This document shows, piece after piece, positions 1 to 12,989 of a DNA stretch of 64,000 nt. How positions within the stretch are numbered: the first letter of the stretch is position 1; the number at the start of each line of letters is the position of its first letter. Below the pieces are notes generated by a model. That model ran no database searches and had not been told where the DNA came from. It saw only the letters and a program-made list of their open reading frames with translations. The DNA lies in the NCBI GenBank assembly GCA_965603825.1, contig CBFDEM010000026.1, positions 62,001 to 126,000 of the forward strand, given 5' to 3'. A program made the translations under genes and the position numbers. The DNA comes from Blepharisma stoltei ATCC 30299 (taxonomy: Eukaryota > Protista > Ciliophora).

Positions 1-2228
1 GACGTTGTTATAGTATTTTCACAGGTAAAAGTTTTCTGTCCGTTAGTTTTCATATTTATATATATAGTCGGTTTTGAGCTTACTATAGAAAAAGTAAAAA
101 TATTCGCAAAAGAGGAGTCAACTTTACTTATCAAAGTCCCATCAGAAGAAGGGTTTACCCAAGCTTGGATCGTCAGTTCTGGGGCTAAGGTTAACAAAGG
201 TGTTGTATAAGAGCTATAAGGTGCAAGATGCATAAGGGAAGCTGAGCCGTCAAAATAATACCCTCTCTTATAAGCTGCTTTGGGATCATTAGTTTCATAG
301 CCAGGATAAAAAGTAGAAGAAGTCCCAGTGATCACATTTAAAGAATTAGCAGACTCTGTGATTACTCCACTAAGAGAGCTAATCACAAGATTTAACGCAA
401 CAGTTGAGGTATTAGCATCACAGATATTAGTCCCACTATTTGCTGTATATCCTAAAGGGCAAAAACTGCTGCAAACTCCTCCTGCTATCAGATATGTCCC
501 GCTGCCGCAAGCAGTACAGTAAAAGATGCAGCCACTGCAAACTTCATTTGTGGTGTCCCATAAATATCCTGTACCACACGAAGTACAAGGCGCAGTCGCT
601 GAATTTGCATTAGAAATGCAATCTATACAGCTGCTCCAGTTATCACAAGTTTTACAGTATTGGGTTGCACATAAATTGCAATTCTTATCATTCCTTACAC
701 AGCCTTTAGAAGTGCAGGCTGAGTCACAAGTTAACCATGAAGACGTCCCACTGTCATAGTATTTATCAATCCCATAAGCAGCTAGGCATGCCCCGTCAGG
801 AGGACAATAGCCGCAAGAAGAAGTGCAACCCGATGTCAAGTAATCATAGGAAGTTAGGTCGGCATTTGTATTTCAGATCCTTAAACTATATATAAAAGTA
901 TCTATTAAGGAATTAGTAGGGGAAAATGAACTGTCATAATCAGCTCCAATTCATATCTTATAGCCAGAATAGTTGTCATTGAAATAATCACTATAAATAC
1001 CAGTAGAAACTTGAGCTCCATTAATATAAAAATATACATCTGATTGCACTGAAACAGTATATGAAACTGAAGCACCTATGTTATACCATTGTGAGGTACC
1101 AATTGCTGTAGCACCACTTTTTGCTTCTACATTATTTGAAGAACCTATATTTAATGTTAGGTATGGAGTATTGCCACTTAGGCCGTAATAAAGATAATAA
1201 GTGGAAGTGCTAGAGCTGCTTTTTTTAACTAAAATATTTCCACTTGTTGAGGAATGAGTGTAAATCCATACTGAAATGGCAAAGTCAGGCGCAAAATTAA
1301 TTGAGTTACCTGAATCAAGGTTGTTAGGAGGAAGCTGCATATATTTTGACCCAGCGAAATAATAGCCACGGCCCTCAGAGGGATAAGGATCATATGTATC
1401 GTAGGTTGGGTAAAATGTGCCGCCTGTGCTTCCTACAGCGACTTTTATGGAATTCATAGAATCAGTTACTGGATCTTCAATGTTTTTTAAAACAATGTTA
1501 AAAACTTCACTTCCTGGTATTTGGCAATTACAAGAACTATCTGCGGTAATTCCTGTAGGGCATTGGTCCATTGTTATCGCAGAATTATAAGTATAAGGCC
1601 CACAAGCTAAATTTCTTTTTTTATGGGCACATGCATCATGAAGCAGCCATGGCGCGCAGCTTTTCTCACAATTTTTACAGTCATTTTTAGCTTGGTCTGG
1701 GATTTCAACACACGAAATTTCTGATGGAAAATTTTCGATTGCAATTTCTATATAAATAAATCCTTTAAAGGAATTTTGATTTTCAGAGAAACTCCCGATT
1801 AGCCAAATTAAGAGAGGATTTTCAGTTTCTCTTGGTTTTAGCAATAATCCGAGGCTTTGCCAGCCATCTGGAAAATAGCTAGATAAACAACTAAGTTCGT
1901 CGGATTCTTTCAGTTTTTCCTTATCATGAATTCAAAATTCCGCTGACAAGCTTTTGGTTTCTTGGCTGAATTTAATATATATTTCTTTCTGATCTGATGG
2001 AAATCCAATTTTTATGGCTTCATGGTCAACTTTGATATTATATCATCCCATTCAGCATTCAGGGCTGTCCCAAAGGTTACATATTAAATGGGATTGGGAG
2101 TTGCTATCGTCAAGAGCGTTTATTGATAGACATCTGCTGCATGAAAAAGCGTCTGAGGATTTGCATTCTTCGTAGCAGATTCCACTTACCTTTATGAGAA
2201 GAAGAGGAAGTCAAAAGTAAGCCAACAT
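1..2228 (-). CDS. Large secreted/surface protein with LamG (concanavalin-like) domains and furin-like Cys-rich repeats; runs off the window start
   Basis: ATG at 2228 gives a signal peptide (MLAYFWLPLLLIKVSG with TGA=W). The frame continues into ORF 951-1844 and past its TGA (WIGADY...FIYSLRIWN, a LamG-type C-terminal motif). Also FAISVWI and VYFYING motifs and CxxC-rich repeats. Confidence 0.8.
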
Positions 2229-2773
2229 ATTTTATAATTTGATGGATATTTATTGAGGAAAAGTCCAATGAGCTAGATGATTTATATTTAATTGGAAAAT
2301 CATAAAAATTGGGCTATTTTCAATTTTTTATAGTAAAAGAATAATTTTTGTAATGACAAAAATTATTTAAATGGGAAGCTAAAAATTCCTTTTTTTATCA
2401 TCTCTAAATTATCTTTATCATATCAGAATTTTGAAATAAAAATTTAAATTGCATTTTTATAAAAGCATAAGCTGTTTAAAACCTTTATTTATTATGCAAT
2501 AAAAGTTTCCTTTATTAAAGAAAATGATTCAGATTATTTTATATTCATATTAAAATAGACTAAAATTATCATTTATTATAAAAATCCTACCAAAATATTC
2601 AGTTATAAATTTTTTATCATTATTTATTGTTTTCATTCAAAATTAAACTTTTATATATCTAATTATTTTTTTATAACTTATAAATACCTAAATATAAATT
2701 CCTCACTTTTTAGCAAAGCTGATTCTGCTATTAAATATTCCAATATTAATTATTATAATTTTATAGATTCACT

Positions 2774-4003
2774 ATGTCGCAGCCTAACAAAGAAGTCCTT
2801 GAAAAATACGCCGAGCTCCAAGTCGAAACAATTAAGTCAGAGCTTCAAAAAATCATGCAAAACACTTTCAATAGCCTTTCTGAAGACTCTTCAAAATCAG
2901 CAATCCAAGAATCCCAAGAACTGCATCGGCAAATAGATTCGCTGAATCGTCAACTCCAAGAGATTACCCAAACTCTCACAACTCAAACCTCATGTAACGA
3001 ATCTCCAAAACCGCATAGCAGGTCTTCCCCCTCCATTCTTAACTCCACAATCCAATCCCTCAAAGAGCTTCAAGAATCTACAAATCTGCTTATTCAAAAC
3101 TGCAAGGGAATTTTTCCCAAAGTAATAATCTCCCAAGACTCCAAAGTGAGTATACAAAGGTTTTACTGCAAAGAAAGTGAAGAAAAGATAGATCAATACA
3201 CCTGGGTTCTTAATGTTGCCAACGAAACCAAAGATTACTTTAGAAAAGTTGAGTTTTTTATTCTTGAAGACAACTTAAAGATAGCTGAAATCAGACTTAT
3301 TGAGCCAGATACTGACATAAAAAAGCACATAGGCCTTCTTGACGTAAAAGACATATATGGCAAACATATAATCGCCAAAATCGACGACTTCCCTGTTTCT
3401 GAGATTTTCCCTATTATGAGAATCGAATTTAAAGGGGCAGAACAAATTCCAGAAGAAGACGAAAACAACCCAAAAAACCTTCTGAAATACACCATTTTGA
3501 ACTCTTCGCCAGAGACTATTGATAATCTCTATGTTTTCTGTAATGAGACCTGTGAAAAGTATTATACAGAAAAAGAATTGGATTATGGAGAAATGGCTGA
3601 AATTGTGGTCCCTTATGGAAATTTAGAATCTGTCAGTTTGAGGGTTATGAAAGATGATGAAGTTATGAGCATTGCCTATGCACTTAATTTAGGAGGTGAA
3701 GAAGGAGAAGAAAGCAGTGAAGAAGATGTGGATTCAGATGGCCCTCAGCCTAAAGAGGGTAATGGACTATCCTTTTCAAGCCCTGCACCAGTGATAAGAC
3801 CTCCTGTAATGGATCCAGCAGCTAAAAAAATAAATCAATTGATTGAGACACTGGAAATTGGCAGAATATGTCTAGCTGACCAAATAAAAAGGAATTACCC
3901 TGGAATTGATTCAAAAATGCAGCTGTTTAAAGCGGTCAGCAGATACACTACTTATGAGGATTGCATTGACTATTTAGTGGATGGTGGAGTGATTGAGCAA
4001 TAA
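2774..4003 (+). CDS. Uncharacterised protein with N-terminal coiled coil, beta-rich middle and acidic linker
   Basis: 409-aa ORF from ATG to TAA with AT-rich flanks; no family recognised. Confidence 0.75.
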   Translation: MSQPNKEVLEKYAELQVETIKSELQKIMQNTFNSLSEDSSKSAIQESQELHRQIDSLNRQLQEITQTLTTQTSCNESPKPHSRSSPSILNSTIQSLKELQESTNLLIQNCKGIFPKVIISQDSKVSIQRFYCKESEEKIDQYTWVLNVANETKDYFRKVEFFILEDNLKIAEIRLIEPDTDIKKHIGLLDVKDIYGKHIIAKIDDFPVSEIFPIMRIEFKGAEQIPEEDENNPKNLLKYTILNSSPETIDNLYVFCNETCEKYYTEKELDYGEMAEIVVPYGNLESVSLRVMKDDEVMSIAYALNLGGEEGEESSEEDVDSDGPQPKEGNGLSFSSPAPVIRPPVMDPAAKKINQLIETLEIGRICLADQIKRNYPGIDSKMQLFKAVSRYTTYEDCIDYLVDGGVIEQ

Positions 4004-4115
4004 TAAAATAATTAGTTTATAAAATAATATGTTCTTTATAAAATAGGGCCTTTTATAAAATCCATATGAAAATTAACCCAGATCTCAAAATTGGGGGATC
4101 ATTTTACAAATATTT

Positions 4116-4742
4116 ATGATGGACTACCCAATGAAGCGTTCCAGAGTACGACTAACAGTCGCCGACAAGCTCAATATTATTGAAGAATACGAAGAAACCA
4201 ACATAACCCTCCGAGATTTAGCCGACAAATACAACATTGGCCACACCTCTATCTGTGGATGGCTTAAAGAGCGTGAAAAGCTAAACCAATCTGACAACGT
4301 CAACGCCCGACGAGTTTCCCGTGAAAAAGTCCTCGACAAACTCGCCAACCAATCAGCCCCCAGAAGACGAAAATCCTCAGGCAAAAAACTCATGAAAATG
4401 ATTTTAAACAGAAACAAAAAAGTGACTGAAGAAAACGAAAAATTAAAATCAAAAATCGAGCAATTAAAAGAAGAAATCACTGACGTCAAAGTAGAATCAA
4501 AAAAGGCCAAAAAAGAAGAAAAAAGCACCTTTTTTATATATGCACAGGAGCTAAGCACAGGGGAAAGGAAAAAAATCAAGATAAAAGAAAGTGATACGGT
4601 GGAGGAGCTGAAGAAAAAAATTAAGGAAGAATACCCTTCGGAGAACGATAGGATAGTGTTCGCCATTCAAGAAATGAACGATGACACTAAAAAAGTTGGG
4701 CATTATAGTGTGAAAAATAAGTCTACAGTTATGATAATTTAA
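4116..4742 (+). CDS. CENP-B/pipsqueak-type HTH + coiled coil + C-terminal ubiquitin-like domain
   Basis: RxRLTVADKLNII...LADKYNIGHTSICGWLK is a psq/CENP-B N-terminal HTH pattern. The C-terminus FIYAQEL...IKESDTVEELKKKI...RIVFA..MNDD.K.V.HY.VK..STV resembles a beta-grasp Ubl and lacks GG. Confidence 0.7.
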   Translation: MMDYPMKRSRVRLTVADKLNIIEEYEETNITLRDLADKYNIGHTSICGWLKEREKLNQSDNVNARRVSREKVLDKLANQSAPRRRKSSGKKLMKMILNRNKKVTEENEKLKSKIEQLKEEITDVKVESKKAKKEEKSTFFIYAQELSTGERKKIKIKESDTVEELKKKIKEEYPSENDRIVFAIQEMNDDTKKVGHYSVKNKSTVMII

Positions 4743-4784
4743 TTATTATAAGGAATAATAAGGCTATTTCTAACTAAGGTTAAG

Positions 4785-6023
4785 TTAAACTAAAACGACC
4801 CCTACCTGTGCAGGCACCATTGGCTCAGTTCTCCAGTTGTAAAGATAGTACTGCAAGTTTCCGTCACCAATTCCGAACTTCAGTTCTTTGAATACCGTCA
4901 TGTTGTCCATGATATCTAAAGCGTTAAACACATCAAACCCATTAGCTCTTGCCAAAATCAGCATATCCTTAAACAAGTCCATCAGAGAATGCACCCCAGG
5001 TACTGAGTAATAAGAATAAGCTGCCCTTAACTTGTTATGCTTGGCACTTTTAAGCACAGACGACGGCAACGAGTAAAATGAGCAAAAATCTGTGGTCTCC
5101 CCAGCTTCATTTTGGACGACATATGAGTAAATTATGTCTTCCTGAGGCAAAAAGAAATGGGCAATATCAGATTCTGAGTATTCTGTATATAAAGAAAACC
5201 TCTGCAAGTAATCCTGAAGCATCCTGTGGACAGCTGGGACATCTCTAGGGGTCATAGGTCTTAGACCAGGGATTAAAGGACTTTCAGGAAGCTTATAAAG
5301 CTTTTGAGCACGAGCCTTGTTCAGTTTAGGCCCAAAGCGAGTAAAGCCAATTTCTACAAGTTTTATAGGGTTTAAGGACCTATGGTAATATCTTGCCTGG
5401 GCCACTGGGGTTGGCAATACGACGCCAGCTGTATATATAGCTTGCCACACGTTCTCCACGTTCACCCTTCTAGTGACCTCTTTAATAAGCACTGGTGCAA
5501 GGCGATTTTCTCTGTACTTTTTAAAGACGCACAAAAAATTGATCTCACACATATCCATTGATGTGCCAAACACATTGACCTTGGCTGGGATCCCTGATAT
5601 GAAGCCTACCAGCTTTTTGCGGCCTTTAATAGCAACTCCGACGTGCCAGGATTGTTTGTAGCCTTCTGGAGTCAGTGCCCAGCGCAGGAATGGGATGGAG
5701 TAGTCAAATCTGAAATAGCTGTCGTCATCTTCGACGTAGTTTTCTGTCAACAAAGTGTAGATTTCTTGCATCCATTCGTCGTCATTTACGTCAACACTCA
5801 CCCATTCGAATGCGGCTGGAAGCGGGTATGGGGTTTGTCTTACATCCGCAACTGTCTTAGGAGCATCCACTGGACCGTGCTGAGATGATTCGTCTTTGGT
5901 AATCAGTGTGGAGAGTCGTGGCATTGGCTGTGTGTCCCAGAAACGATGAGTAGCTTTGGTTTCTTCGTCATTTGGAATAAATCGATGCTGGCTTGTTTTT
6001 GGTTCCTCTTTTTCTGATTCCAT
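4785..6023 (-). CDS. NMT: Glycylpeptide N-tetradecanoyltransferase (N-myristoyltransferase)
   Basis: HRFWDTQP, NYVEDDD.FRFDYS, EINFLCV, LAPVLIKEVTRR, GFDVFNAL and KFGIGDGNLQYYLYNW motifs. Confidence 0.97.
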   Translation of the reverse strand: MESEKEEPKTSQHRFIPNDEETKATHRFWDTQPMPRLSTLITKDESSQHGPVDAPKTVADVRQTPYPLPAAFEWVSVDVNDDEWMQEIYTLLTENYVEDDDSYFRFDYSIPFLRWALTPEGYKQSWHVGVAIKGRKKLVGFISGIPAKVNVFGTSMDMCEINFLCVFKKYRENRLAPVLIKEVTRRVNVENVWQAIYTAGVVLPTPVAQARYYHRSLNPIKLVEIGFTRFGPKLNKARAQKLYKLPESPLIPGLRPMTPRDVPAVHRMLQDYLQRFSLYTEYSESDIAHFFLPQEDIIYSYVVQNEAGETTDFCSFYSLPSSVLKSAKHNKLRAAYSYYSVPGVHSLMDLFKDMLILARANGFDVFNALDIMDNMTVFKELKFGIGDGNLQYYLYNWRTEPMVPAQVGVVLV

Positions 6024-6320
6024 AAAATATTAAGATAAAGGCAGGAAACTTTAAAGAAAGGATATTGGGACGAAATTAATAATTTTGGGAGAATGCAAGG
6101 GATTAAGGAATTTTATGAAGATTTTTTTATATTTTTAAAGCGATTTATAGAGAATTTGACTTCTTATGTAATTTCTAGAAAATAATAATAATGAATATTG
6201 TGAGGATTTAGAATGCTAGATAAAATGTTGAAAATTAGTGAAAAAATAATTAAAAATTGGTAAATCTCTTCAAATTTAGCTCATATTTAAGTATTTTATA
6301 TCTGTTATTTATCTATCTAT

Positions 6321-9117
6321 TTATTGAGGGAAAAATCCTGTTCTCATTTCCATTTCTCTTAATTCAATTTCTGGAACTATATTTCTGGTTATTGTAATTC
6401 TTTCAGCAACTCTAATCCAGCCTGCAAACCTAGAATTAAAAAAGCTGTTTTTCATTTCTGCATATTTGACAGCAATTGAGTCTTTTTGCCACCCTTCGGC
6501 CCAAGCATAATTATTAAACCCTTCAATTTTCATCTTCAATTCTTGTAGCTCTGCTGGGAAATTTGGATCAAAAGTCAAGAAAACGACATTTTTTTCCATT
6601 CTCATGATGATTTCTCTTAATTCTTTATCATAGTCATCGTTATAAATTCCAATTAAATTTTCTAAAGCCCATCTACGAGAATCTTGAAGCCGGAAATAAA
6701 TTTGAGTATAAAAAGGGTCATTTTGACTTAAAGTGGCTGTAGTGAAGCTGCTAAGATGATTTGCCCATGCAATGGCATCTTTTACATTTTTAATATAAAG
6801 AGTTTGGTTTATTATAGTTGTCATATGCAGCAAAGAAATTTTGTATATTTCACTAGGCATTCTTTGAATTTCATTAGAGTTGTTTTCATTAAGACACCCA
6901 AACGCATTCACTAAATGATAAATTGAAATAATTTTATCATTAAGTAGAAAGTCATATAAATATAAAGATACACTAGCACTACGGTAATTTGCATTAAATT
7001 CATTCAGCTCTTTCATTAAAGTATTGATATCAGTTGCTGATAATTCCAGTGTGTGAGGTGCTTCTTTGCACACATTTTTAAACTGTGATCCAAGCTTCAT
7101 ATATATCGGGTCTGCCTTATCAAAATCTGAAATCCCTTTATTCACACTTTCTTCTTCTCTTAAGCAAGAATCCAACAAATACCATTTGCATAGAAACTCT
7201 TGGCCTTTTATTTTCAAATGCACAGCAAAATTAATAAGCTCATATTTTATATCCTCTGGCTTGTTTTTTAGCTCATTTTTATAGTTATTGAACATTCCTA
7301 CTGTCTGTGTGAATCTTGTGGAATAAACGTCTTGAATATGCTGAATAGTTTTGTTTATTTTGTACTCCATAGCCTCTTCGTATGTTTTTTTATTTTCTTC
7401 ATCTACTTCGCGTTTAAGCTCTGCTGATAATAAATTTTGATATAAATCAAAGGGCTGATCATCAAATTGCTTTATTCTAAAGTCTTTTATGCGTCCTTGA
7501 GCTTCTCTTCTAATTAAGGAATTTTCGATATACATCAGACAGTATGCTGATATATAGCCATTTCCACCCAAGGCATTAGTCATAACTTCGCTTTCTTCGA
7601 CTTGAGTAATCATCACATCACTGTATTTTCTCCACACTTCATATTCAGCATCATACACATATGCATAATAATGCCCTGCCCCAGCTTGCCCATCATGGAT
7701 CAGTATAGAGTGCAAATGGTATTCATGATTTTTCAGCTGAGGGACGTTAAAAATTTCTTCTATTTGGAACTGATACTGCTCTAATTGGGTTTTCATCAAT
7801 TTTATTTTTGTGACTATTTCTCTAGTAAGGGTTTGCAAAAGCGTTTTGGAGCGAGAAATTTGAGGATTATTTGCTATAACTTTTTCTGGGGTAAAAATTA
7901 TTAGACCTTCTTCATCAATTTCCATAGCTTGATTAGGGTTTTCATTGTAGGACAAAAATTCAATAGTCTGCTGAAGAATCGTATCTAGCCCAGAATTAGT
8001 TGAATTGTAATTATTCAGCTTTTCTAAAGAAGCCTCAAGGAATTTTATACGATTTTTAAGCAGGAGCATATTTTCTCTTAGTTTTGAGCCAATTTCTTTA
8101 TTTTTTGCCATAAATCGGTCTGGGTGCAGTATTTTTGGAAATTTGAACTGCTTATGGATTTTAATGGTAGAATTCGTCACTTTGTCATATTTTACTCTTT
8201 GGATTTGAAATAAAATTATCCCAGGAAGTTTTTCAAGCCAAAATTCTTGAGAAGCTGTCGTTGCATTTTCTTGTGGGGTCAAATACCCTTCAATTTGGCT
8301 ATGATAAGCTATATCCCACGCGCTATACAAGTCCCCTTCATCTACATCTACAATAATCTGCCCAAAAGGTGCTAGATTTTTAATTTGGACCAAAGAGCCA
8401 TCCCTTTCAGCCGCTTCTAAAAATTCGTGCTGTTTTCCATAGAAAAGTTCAGAAATAATACCTTCTTCACTGATTTCGTGGCCTGAAATGACCATGCTGC
8501 CTTTTCTATTTATAAGAGTAGGAGATTCATTCAATCTTTTTTCTTTATTTTCTTCATAAGGCTGGGCTGTTTGTAGGCCTTCTTCTATTCTGGCGACTAA
8601 GTTCATATTAAACTCTCCTACATCTTTTTGGTCGCCAATAGCAATTTGATTGCCGAAATCGTCGACTAACGCTTTAAGGACATTTCCTGGGTCGACATAG
8701 AGTCGGTTGCTTCTAATCATGTGGGCAAATAAGCGCTGCAGTTGTTTGACTAGCTCAATGCTGGCTTTTTTTCGGGTGTTTTCAACACTATCGTCTTGAA
8801 GATTTTGCAATTGGGAAGGATGAGGTCTGAAATTTAAGATTTTTTCGACCAGTGTAGGGATCATAAAGTAAGATTGCATCAAGGAGTTGAAATAGCAGGT
8901 ATTCCCGATGTTTTTTAAGCCAACAGGAATTCCATCTATACGCAAACGCTGTTCAGCCTTTAGAGGTTCATAAGAAGCAACACTGTTGCCGCTTTCTAAG
9001 AGAGACATCTCTATAGCTCTAGAAATATCTTCGTCTTCTGTAGGCATCGCTGGGCCCTGTATAGGCAGAGGGCCAATAGGTATTGCGTCTAAAATAGAAA
9101 TTACTTGCAGAAGACAT
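6321..9117 (-). CDS. Ubiquitin-specific protease (C19), USP25/28-like, with N-terminal UIM (~926 aa)
   Basis: Cys box GLKNIGNTCYFNS; His box YHLHSILIHDG..GAGHYYAY; UIM EDEDISRAIEMSLLE. A 16-nt intron at 9089-9104 (gtaatttctattttag) joins ATG 9117 in frame. Confidence 0.92.
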
Positions 9118-9478
9118 TTATAGTTATAACAAAAATGGAATTAAGAAAAGATGAATTTATATCTAAATTATAATTCTATAGTTTATTTTAATTTATAATT
9201 TTTTCAATAAAACAATTGAGATACTGTAAATTCATATAAAAATTTCTTTGTAAATTAGGTAATATTTTTAGCTAATTGTGAATAAATTTAATTTCGTCGC
9301 AATTAAGCCATTAAATTATGCTATGCTATTTCATCTGATGGAAAATCATTTAAAATTAATATTTTGATAATTAAACGTTATAGTTTTGAATAAAAACACA
9401 AAAAATTAAATTTACTAATATTTTGCACCTTGATCTAAAGAGGGAAAATATATATATAATTAAAACCACCAGACCATA

Positions 9479-10450
9479 ATGGTAGAAAAGCAAATCGACG
9501 AATTTTTCTGTCCAATTACCCTTGAAATAATGGAAGACCCAGTAATCGCTGCTGATGGCCACACTTATGAGCGATCAGCCATCACTGACTGGATTGAAAA
9601 AAACAACCTAAGTCCTTGAACTGGTGAAGAGTTAGCTAACAAGAATCTTATCCCAAATTTTGCTTTACGCTCCTTAATCCTCGATTTTAAGAAATCATTT
9701 TCTGGCGAAGACTCTCAGCTTGTAAACGATATGAGAATTCATATCGAGGCCAAGAAAAATTTAATTGAGCATATAAAGAAATCAATAACCACCCTTACAG
9801 AACTAAGTCATGATCTAGAAGAGCATCTTTTCAGATGCAAAGTTTCTAATACATCAGGAAACATTGGGACAATAGCAGGGACTGCGCTGCTCTTTACCAC
9901 TGTTCCAATATATGGGGCTATAGCCCTAACTGTTGGAGGGCTGACTTCGCTTGGAACTTCAATAACTCAGTATTTTATTGAAAAAAATAAAAAAGAACAG
10001 ATCAGGGAAGTGCTTAAGGAAGAAGAAGACGCAGAAGAAGTTTTTAATTCGACATTTTTGACTCTTGGGAATTCAATAGATGCTGGAAAAAGTACAGCTC
10101 AGGCTTTGTTTATGCTAAGCAAAATCAGAAAATCTACGATTTTAGTGAGAGCGTATAATAATTTTAAAGCAACTAGCGCAGCGAATTTAGCTTTGAATTC
10201 AGCACAGACAGCAAGTGCAGCAAAGGCAATTACTTTTCCAAAGGCACTCAAAATAGGTGCGAGGGCCAAGTGGTTTGGATTCGTTGGGGCAGCACTGAGT
10301 GCTGCTGATATAGTAATGACGTGGAAAATGGACAATGAAACCCTTGAACAAATAAAGCAGTGCATTAAAGACAGAGAAAACAAGTTAAAGCTGCAAGAAG
10401 AAGGAGCTGCTGAACTAGAAAGGATCATGGAGAATAATGATTGTTTATAA
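9479..10450 (+). CDS. U-box + ApoL-like protein, copy A (323 aa)
   Basis: ATG 9479, then U-box [31 protein letters not shown]...SP(TGA=W)TGEEL...PNFALRSLI, in frame with ORF 9731. Gly-rich hydrophobic hairpin plus C-terminal coiled coil. Confidence 0.85.
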
Positions 10451-10519
10451 TTCTTCCTAAATAAACTATTTATAGAGCCTGTTTTATATATAAATTTAGC
10501 TGCTTTATTCAGAATAGGA

Positions 10520-12025
10520 ATAAATTGCTCTTAGCACATGGAAATTATTTTACTAATGCCACCCTTAAATAGTGTGAGCAAAATGTTTTAAAAGAAAAAT
10601 CTCCTAAATAATACAGATGTATAAATTATAAATTAATAAAGAAAAAGCTAGGGCTCTTCTCAAAATGAATTAAAATCGATAAAAGCATTGCAATTATTAT
10701 TATATTAATCTAAAGACCTCTCCAAAGCTTCAAGCTCTTTCATCTGAATCTCAATCATTCTTTCTCTGCAGTCAATCTCCTTCTTTATTAATTCTAGTGT
10801 CGAATTATCCATCGTCCACGTCAAGACAATATCAATAGTCGATATGGCGACCCCTGCAACTGCACAATATTTCGAAAATTTCCCAACTGTCAGCGCTTTT
10901 GACACCGTATTTCCTCCAGAAATCACATTTGCAGTAGGCTTTAGAGCAGCATTTGCAACCCTTGCTGCTTGCATTGCCTGAACCCCTCTTACAATTTTTG
11001 TAATTCGTGCACCAGCCATGACCCCTTGCGTTATAACATTTGCGGTTTCTACAAAATATTGGGCTTTAATTTCAGAGACTTCATAGCGAATTGCAGCTTT
11101 TTCTTCTTCAATTAAGACTTCTTTCATTTTTTTGAGCTTGCTTTTCTCTATGAAGTACTGAGTTACGGTGGTTCCTATAGAGGTTAACCCACCTGCAATT
11201 GCGCCTATTATACCTACAATGGCCAGAGGAGTAAAAATAAGTGGAGTGCTTGCTATAGTGACACCGTTTCCAACGGTATTGGAAACTTTGCAATGGAGAA
11301 GATGTTCATTAAGGTCTTCTTTTATATCATTTAAATAAATTATTGTAATTCGAATTTTGTCGATATAGTCTTTTTTGATGGAAATCGTGTCCAGCATTTT
11401 GGAAACAAGACCGTTGGCATTTTCAACTTCTGAAGGGGTTGCTGTCTGATGAGTTCGATCTAAATACTGAGATATCATAGAACGGAGACGGCGGTTTTCG
11501 ATAACTTCTTTATTTTTAAAATCTTCTCGAGTCATAGGTGAAGTATTGCTTCTTTCAAACCATAGCAGGATTGCTATCCTTTCATAAGTGAACCCGTCAC
11601 TAGCGACTACAGGATCTTCCATTATAGCTAGAGTGATTGGGCATAAAAAATCTTCAGGAACATGATCGGACTCCACCATAATTTAGGAAACTTTTATTAG
11701 GGATTTATTTATTTAAATGAATTTATTATTTATCGAATCTACAAAAATGAAATTTAGTTTCTACTGATAAAATAGTAAAAAAAATGGGAATATTTCTTTG
11801 CTAGTTTAAACGAAGAATTGGTATTTAGTATGCTGCTTAAATCGTCTCATTAAAATTCCTTTTTAACTGAACGTTTTTAAGGTTTTTTTAAATTTTTTAA
11901 TAAAATCTTTCATTAGATGACAAAAACCTATAATTCTATCTAGCTGAATTTCCAAATATATATTTATCAGAGATTTTATGAAAAATATTTTCAAACAAAA
12001 GAGTAAGAATTTGCTTAAAGTTCGC
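10520..12025 (-). repeat. Inverted segmental duplication; partner ~17918-19436 (+)
   Basis: Gene plus ~340 nt upstream and ~180 nt downstream align in reverse complement, e.g. gcgaactYtaagcaaattc and ttccatRtgctaagagc. Confidence 0.85.
10705..11679 (-). CDS. U-box + ApoL-like protein, copy B (324 aa)
   Basis: Complete ORF. U-box [38 protein letters not shown]; C-terminal part homologous to copy A. Confidence 0.88.
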   Translation of the reverse strand: MVESDHVPEDFLCPITLAIMEDPVVASDGFTYERIAILLWFERSNTSPMTREDFKNKEVIENRRLRSMISQYLDRTHQTATPSEVENANGLVSKMLDTISIKKDYIDKIRITIIYLNDIKEDLNEHLLHCKVSNTVGNGVTIASTPLIFTPLAIVGIIGAIAGGLTSIGTTVTQYFIEKSKLKKMKEVLIEEEKAAIRYEVSEIKAQYFVETANVITQGVMAGARITKIVRGVQAMQAARVANAALKPTANVISGGNTVSKALTVGKFSKYCAVAGVAISTIDIVLTWTMDNSTLELIKKEIDCRERMIEIQMKELEALERSLD

Positions 12026-12989
12026 TTTAGCTAAAATATATTAGAAGTTCTAGTCACTTATAATTATAAATTCAATAAAATACTTATCGCACAAATTATC
12101 AAAATCAATGAAACCCAAATTTATTTAAATATCTAAAGTTGCATTGATATTGAAGAAAATTTTTATAATTATAAGGAATTCAGTTTATTATCATAACTAA
12201 ATTATTAAGATAAGTCTTAGATTATTTCGAAAAACCATAAATAATTATTATTCAGTGTATCATCTCAATTAAACGCTGAATAAAATTTATTTGTAATTGA
12301 AATCTCCATAAAGGTAGATTTGTGAATGGATTTAAAAATTATGAATCAGAGCCACAATAAGGCTAATACTTAAAATTATATCCCATCTATAGTCATCGCT
12401 TTTCAATCTTACAAAATTATTTGTAATAGTATCGCGTCTATCCTTAAACTTAAAAAATATATTGCATTTTACTCCAGCTTATGGCCTTGATTAATCTGTT
12501 TCTTCAAATTAGCACTATTAAAGTTTGAGCTAGAAAAAGTAAGCAAGCCAGTTATTTTTTTTAATTTATTTTGCATAAGCTAAGCTTATCGCTAGTAGTA
12601 TGCTCTCTTTTTGGTCTTAAAGGATTTCAAAAATTATTACAAATTTTTGATATGCTAAAAATCTATGACTTCCAAGCCCACTCTTTTTGCGGCCATTTTA
12701 AAGTTACCAAGTATGCATTTTAGAGCTCTTGAATTCTTGTAGAAGCCCTTTGAAATTTGAAACAAAAATTCATTAGGCCCGGATATTAAAATTTTATCAA
12801 TATCATAGAAGGGTAATTCAAAAATTATATTAAACTCCAAGCAAGATATAATGAAAGTACCTATTAAGAATTTCCATATATCTTATTGTTATAAGTCTGT
12901 TTTCTATTGTAAATAGCTTATCTATATGAAAATACCCAAACTCTAAGTAATAATCAACTAATAAACATTTATTTTATATGTCACCTTAG

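Noticed and set aside
328-759. Short plus-strand ORFs (and similar antisense ORFs throughout the track)
   Set aside because: Antisense shadows of well-supported genes on the opposite strand.
12655-12840. Short ORF in an AT-rich intergenic region
   Set aside because: Non-ATG start and no recognisable homology.
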